Source: Bigelowiella natans CCMP2755
Lineage: Eukaryota; Protista; Cercozoa
Assembly: GCA_000320545.1 (NCBI GenBank)
Contig: ADNK01002058.1
Span: 124,001 to 188,000 of the forward strand
DNA length: 64,000 nt
Direction: 5' to 3'
Shown one piece after another: positions 58,201-64,000 of this stretch. The position numbers and the translations under genes are program-made. The number at the start of each line of letters is the position of its first letter. Within the stretch, counting starts at the first letter, position 1. Below the pieces are notes generated by a model. That model was not told the origin of the DNA. It did no database searches and saw only the letters and a program-made list of their open reading frames with translations.

Positions 58201-61200
58201 CATGAGTTCATTCACGTATTTGACATCATTGGAGCGGTCTGGATGCACAAAAACATAATACATTTCCCCGGCAAGCTCTGGTATAGAGTCGGGATCAAGA
58301 ATCTGTTTTGTTTCAGACCGAACCTTTCCACCGATTACCATAGATTCAATTGCTTTGCCGCCATTTGACTTCACTTCATTTCCACATCGGAGGAGGAAGA
58401 CGCATTCACTACTATTTTTGCAAGCTTGCAAATCCGTCAGAACTTTTTCTTTGGTTTGGCGAAAATCAGTATTGAGGGGCTGTCCTTGTAGGAACCCTCC
58501 CATTACACGATACATTAGACTCCATAAATTTTCCCATACATCTGATGTCTCTGGTTTGTAATCCTCCGGCCTAATGGTTTCTCTTGCACTCTCATTCTCT
58601 TCGTCTACAAGTTCAATTGTTTCCAATTCTTTTGTTACTTTGATTTCAGTACCATTGCGGCAGTCATCCCAGATCTCAAAGGAACCAGTCTCATCATTGG
58701 AAAGCTTCATTAGCTCATCGACAAGCTTCTGAGATTGTCCGTCCTTTCTAATCACTTTATCGTCGTGGAGGTTAGCGCCCTGCAGCACATTTGCAATTTG
58801 ATGAATAACTCTGAACGCAACGATATCCCTCAGTCCTGTAGACTTCCCTAAGACTTTGACACAATGGAGGAGGTTGCCAATATCTCCTCCGGCCCAAGTT
58901 TGTTCCAAAAATATGGGCTTCCATCTAAGCAATTGCTCTGGCGTGGCGTGAAGTACCAGGTTTTGTTCTACCAGGAGAACTCGCGAGAGGGATGTTTTTG
59001 CGACCTCTGATGTCATCCCCTCACGAATATCAGTGTATTTCCACGCAATCATTAGAAACTTGACACACGCGCTCATGAATCCACGTTTGTCTTGGTCGAG
59101 ATATTTGACATCGTTTGGACCTGTGACCTCTGTCGCAGCCTTGATACATAGGTCCAGACAAGTTGCGACAACCTCTGATGCATAAAGTTTTCGAAAACCG
59201 TCTGCAACCCTCGTAACCAAGGGACTATCACCCACCTTGTTTCCAGCCATAGCTAGACGGGCAAGAAGGAATAAAATGTGAGTTACGACTTTATACGCGT
59301 TATCTATTCCTGCCGCAGCCATTTGTGACAAGGCTGTCACTACGCGGCGAATTTCTTGCTTTTCGAACTGCTCAAGAGGGACAGTTGCGAGGCATTTTGC
59401 AGCAGCAAGGACAACTGCACTTGTAAATAGAGGAGAGTTTCCGCAATTTTCTAGCACATTGAAGAGGACCAGCTCACGATCATAGCCCTTAACATCCCCT
59501 ATATTGAGCTTAGCTGCCACACTGTTAATTCCACTACCCTTTTCACAGAGTGACTTGGATAGTTGCGATATTTTTTTCATTTGTTTAGCTTTTACGAATG
59601 AGATATGGTTTTCATGCTGCATGTAGATCTCATTATAAAATCGCATGATGGAGATACACATTATGAGAGCTTCCGAATCATCTTTTGTCACACTTGTTCT
59701 CTTTTTCTGCATGAGATTTTTGATGATATTTTGAAGTTTTTGAGCCAATTGATCCTCCATAATGTTGCGAAATTCCCACATGCGCGGAACATGGATGAAA
59801 ATATTTAAAGTCTCCAACGTGGCAAGCACGACTGATCCATGCTGCCCGGTCGTCTGGGCTAACTTGAAAAATCGTTGCACGAATCGATTCACGTTCATGT
59901 TCAATCCCACACCTTTCAGTTTTCCTTTACACTTCTCGGCACGCATAAAAATAGCGTTAATACAGCGAATAAGAGCTGCTTGATATATTTGCTTCGCAGA
60001 TTCGGAGGAATCTGAATTCTCTTCGCCCGTCTCCTGGCGAAATTTTTCCAGTAGGCCCTCAAGATTCTTTTCGCAAGCATTCTTCGCAGCGTTAAATAAA
60101 GTTCGATCTCGAGGATCTCGCTGATTCTTTATGATGAATGAGCACATCTTCAATTCCGCAGCCCTTTCAAAGTACTTATCGCTTGTTAGATTTCTTTCGT
60201 TGCGTCCGATTTCCATCATTTTTGAGATGTCGAGTTTTCTCATGGCGTGTGCCATTAATCCTTGTTGTTCATCTTCATGGGCAGGGTCCGTAACACAAAC
60301 GGAGATCAATGCGCAGATCTTTTCATATTGCTTGCGCAATCTCTCTTTCTCTGCCGGATTATGAGATTCCTTCGATTCCAATTTCCCTTGGCATTCAACG
60401 TAGCATTCGTACAATTGAGATGCAAACAATGGTTCCTTGTAAGATTTTTTGGGTTCGTCAGGATACCTAACCTCCGTAACGTTTGTAATTTCTTGAACGA
60501 TTGAGGTGCCTATAGTAGGATGGTTAAGAAGCTTCACCAGGATTGGAGCAACTTTTGCCAGATGCCTGTACGAAAAACACAACTCTTTTAATTACTCTTA
60601 GCAACGAAATCAGAGTTTACAGCTTACGTTTTGTTCATTCTGATCAGTACACCAGCATTATTTCCCAGTTTTCCCAATTTGCGGGTCCAGATGTATTTTG
60701 CATCCATGAAGACGTGACGAATGACATCAGGGACAATGGCTTTGATATTAAGCAACGACTCGGTAAGCTCTTGAAAACTTTTCAGTGCAGCCTCGCCTAA
60801 TCCATCAGTCGTAAAGGTTAAACCCGTAGAAAATATGCGTGAAATGCGTCAGATAGATAGATAAGCCACTCACCAAACCCATCGTATTCAATAGCGCAAA
60901 GCTCCGCAAGGAAGCTCAAGATGGCCGCCCTCTCGCTGAAAATATAATGAAGTTCAATATATTTCGATATTCAATCTGATAACTGAGAAACAACCTGTCA
61001 TCTTCCTTCCTCTCGATCAAGAGAATCAGCTTTGCGAAGAATTCCTCCCTCACCTAGTTCCATAAGCTATATAAGTGAGAAAATTCAGGGAAAATTGTGC
61101 ACTTATATACCGCTTTAGTGGTCTTGGTCAAATGCTTCGCATAGTTGGCGATCTTCCTATCATTATCTGCTTTTTTTTCCTTCAACACATCCACCAATGC

Positions 61201-61653
61201 TGCCACCCTTCTACTTGCTAGAGTAACTTGAGCCTGGGTAGTTGTAAATTATGATGTAATTTAACCGGAATTTAATTATCACTACGAAAAAATGCTTTTC
61301 TTGTTCAAATACCATTTCGAAGTGCTGAGTACATGTTCGATAGTAGTATTCCGGGAATTCTTCGATCCACTGCTGACAATTCAGGTTCCTCTTCATCCTG
61401 AAAAGAGAATAAGATGCAATTCAGGAGAGGGAAAACTTTTGACAACAATATTGAGTATTAATCATTCTACTAGACTATTTTAAAACTTAAAGACCTGGAA
61501 CCATGTAATACATAAGAAATAATGGTTTACTGTTAGAATGCTGTACATGGAGCGGCTTTGTGCGGAATATCTTGAAAGATAACTTTCCGTGTCAGAGCGC
61601 GAGGCGGTTCGCCCGCCTGTGGCTTGAGTTTTTATGTCCTGAAAACTGGACAT
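55262..61653 (-). CDS. Large uncharacterised protein (~1900 aa), helical/ARM-like body with a PH-like C-terminus; one ~5-kb exon plus short flanking exons
   Basis: 1687-aa ORF 55519..60582; last exon YVIHFACDAAREIWRREVRKYI...* with stop at 55262-55264; upstream GT-AG exons to a candidate ATG at 61653 (inferred). Confidence 0.7.
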
Positions 61654-62204
61654 GGAAGGATTGCAGGAGAAGCTATCTGTTTTGGAGTGAAAGCTGTTCG
61701 CAAGGCCTCCAGGGCCGTGGTCTTGTTTTCGTGTCTCTGCTACTACTTACGCTCCACTGCTTATCTTTCTCGTTACTCCATCAGGAATCCCCGAACACAT
61801 TCTTTTAATCCCCTGCACAATCGAAGCAGGAACAAAATATATCATGTCGCAATGTGTCAATGCATCCCGATATTTCCTTTCCTTTGGGATACGAGAGCAA
61901 AATTAGGAACATGGATTTCTTGACGACTTACGACTCCAAGATCTTTTGTAGATAAAAAGGAAAATGACATGGCATATTCCCTAGAAGACAACAACTGTCT
62001 GCATTTACTGATACAATATGAACAAAGCCACTAATGCACATGAAGTCCAGGAAGTCCGCTTGTTTTCATTGTGATTTTTGTCATGCGTCATACAGTTAGC
62101 ACCAGAATTTAGGACGATTGTATTACATTTTGAGACAACTTTACATTGTTGTCGCAGTATTAATTTAAGCTTCAATCCGAAGCGATTCCATCCTACTTTC
62201 GAAA

Positions 62205-64000
62205 ATGGTGCCGACGTCGGTGGTACCACTGCTACCGACAGCCGTTCCTGAGACACGATGGAAAAGGAACACGCATAATCATAAATTTCTTCCAGCCATT
62301 ACAACTGTGATTATAAATGCCCTTTTCTTTCTTCTTCTTTTCCACAATATTTACCAATACTATCCGTCAACTTCGTCTTTGTTGTCAAGACAAAGAGGGG
62401 TGCCACTTTCAACGGGGGGGCCAAGAGTTTCTTTTAGCCACTCTAGCGTAAGATCTCCTTCGGTTTATCAACAACCTACCATTTCTCACAACCAACATGA
62501 TCTGTACCACCAACGCAGCATGTATAGACCCCTTCGTCGCTTTTCCATTCGATGCTTAAAAGATAGTTCGCTTCTACAAGAAGCAGGAGATGGAGCTCCA
62601 AATGCAGAACATGGCAAATATTCAAAAGAAGACACGGAAGACAATAAGGATGACGAATCGATTGGAAAATTTTGGAAGTCGGAAGGCCGTCTTCTAGTCG
62701 TCAACGGTACGCTAGAACTAAAGGGACGACAAGGGTACATGCTACAATTCGAGGGAGGGGCGAGAGGGGTGTTTCTCTGGGAGAGATCGTCCCTATACTA
62801 TGTGTATTTACTCTCCCCTACTGACAAATCGCCGGTGATATTGCCTTCGAATGGTGAAAATGCCTACTTAATGGATAAGAAGCTGTCATTCACCCCTTCT
62901 ATGTCAGCAGCAAATCGATCAGAATCTTTTCCCTTGATCGACATGTTTGGAATACCAATTAATTCACCAACACCACAACAAAAATCCTCAGGAGATGAGG
63001 ATACTATTAGCAGTATAAATAAAGATGATGCCTCCTGGCCTATTTTCAATGAAACCCCGAAACAGTCAGACTTGCAGACTATTCGAAGGAGCCTCGTCAC
63101 AGGAATGACTGCTGTTGATGCACTCTCTCCCATGGGAATGGGACAAAATATGATTGTCTTAGGTAACGAAAAAGTTGGAAAATCATCTCTTGCTGTGAAC
63201 ACGGCAATTGCTCAACGAAATACTGGTGTCAAAGTTATCTATGCATGTCTTACCGGTCAGGATGAACAAGTTCACGACATCCTACGAGCCCAGGGAGCAT
63301 TGGAATACACTACGATTGTAGTTCCAAAAGATTCTATGGACCAAGTTCGTGGGGAAACAACAGAGAATTTTGGAATGGAGGGCGAAATAGCTGCTCGCCA
63401 AATTGTGGCTGCATCTACTGCTGTATCCATGGGAGAACACATCCGCCAAAAAGGAGGTGATGCCCTCGTAATCCTTGATGACCTTCGAGGTCATCAAGAT
63501 ATGTGGCGATTCATCTGTGAATCCCTTTTAGATGCTTCCGGGGGTGTGAATGTGTTTCAAGGTGCTGACGACTCCGCCATGCGCCAATACTATTCTGGGT
63601 TGTTCCAAAGGGTGGGCAAGTTTAACAATGCTAAAGGAGCTGGTAGCTTGAGCATGATGATGATCTTAGAGACAGTCCCACCTCCGGAGCCATCCAAACA
63701 AACATTCGTCCTTGAAGATTTTGAGAGAGAAGACATGATTAATGAGCAAACGAAGGCGCGAATCCGAGTACTAATGGAGCGTGGAGTGACAATCACGAGG
63801 GAAGTTCTACAGAAACTTGACATACCTCCTCCAGGGACAAGGACAGTTGAAACCCTAGCACAGATACAAGATATTGACGCTTTGATATCCCTCTCGGACG
63901 GCCATATAACCATCGATGAGAAGGCATTCAAGAATGGTAAAATAAAGATGAAGAGAGAAGAGGGGCAAGGGAGGGATAGAGGGAGGAGAACAAAGAATGA
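62205..64000 (+). CDS. Divergent F1-ATP synthase alpha-subunit-like protein with a bipartite leader; runs off the right edge (absent from the ORF track)
   Basis: Open frame from ATG 62205 to a GT donor near 63937: LVTGMTAVDALSPMGMGQNMIVLGNEKVGKSSLA, VKVIYAC, GALEYTTIV, MGEHIRQKGGDALVILDDL, YSGLFQRVGK..GAGSLS, LISLSDGHI. Confidence 0.85.
   Translation, partial: MVPTSVVPLLPTAVPETRWKRNTHNHKFLPAITTVIINALFFLLLFHNIYQYYPSTSSLLSRQRGVPLSTGGPRVSFSHSSVRSPSVYQQPTISHNQHDLYHQRSMYRPLRRFSIRCLKDSSLLQEAGDGAPNAEHGKYSKEDTEDNKDDESIGKFWKSEGRLLVVNGTLELKGRQGYMLQFEGGARGVFLWERSSLYYVYLLSPTDKSPVILPSNGENAYLMDKKLSFTPSMSAANRSESFPLIDMFGIPINSPTPQQKSSGDEDTISSINKDDASWPIFNETPKQSDLQTIRRSLVTGMTAVDALSPMGMGQNMIVLGNEKVGKSSLAVNTAIAQRNTGVKVIYACLTGQDEQVHDILRAQGALEYTTIVVPKDSMDQVRGETTENFGMEGEIAARQIVAASTAVSMGEHIRQKGGDALVILDDLRGHQDMWRFICESLLDASGGVNVFQGADDSAMRQYYSGLFQRVGKFNNAKGAGSLSMMMILETVPPPEPSKQTFVLEDFEREDMINEQTKARIRVLMERGVTITREVLQKLDIPPPGTRTVETLAQIQDIDALISLSDGHITIDEKAFKNGKIKMKREEGQGRDRGRRTKN

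Overview
Intron-rich eukaryotic nuclear DNA, probably a secondary-plastid alga such as a chlorarachniophyte. That assignment is an inference from a signal-plus-transit bipartite leader and the gene style. About eleven host genes are arranged mostly as head-to-head pairs: a voltage-gated cation channel (-, partial), ZCCHC4-like (+), CDK5RAP1/MiaB (-), PCID2 (+), an atypical CLC (-), myosin I (+), a beta-propeller ITFG2-like gene (+), a CCR4/nocturnin-type EEP (-), NDUFAF3 (+), a large unknown helical/PH-like protein (-) and a divergent F1-ATPase alpha-like protein (+, partial). Between 33.3 and 44.2 kb lies a nested transposon block containing a complete Ty3/gypsy LTR retrotransposon (422-bp LTRs, ATGTG target-site duplication, one 1873-aa gag-pol ORF) and fragments of other elements. 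The strongest signal is that TpA dinucleotides are almost absent from the flanks and ends of this block, with none found in 40873-43254 by manual scan, while CpG is abundant. Homologous copies differ as TA/TG/CA, and conserved Tyr residues appear as His or Cys, including RT YxDD as HVDD. This looks like a repeat-targeted, double-stranded A:T to G:C hypermutation at TpA, a mirror image of fungal RIP, that spares TAG/CTA contexts. Exon boundaries and all counts were derived by hand.
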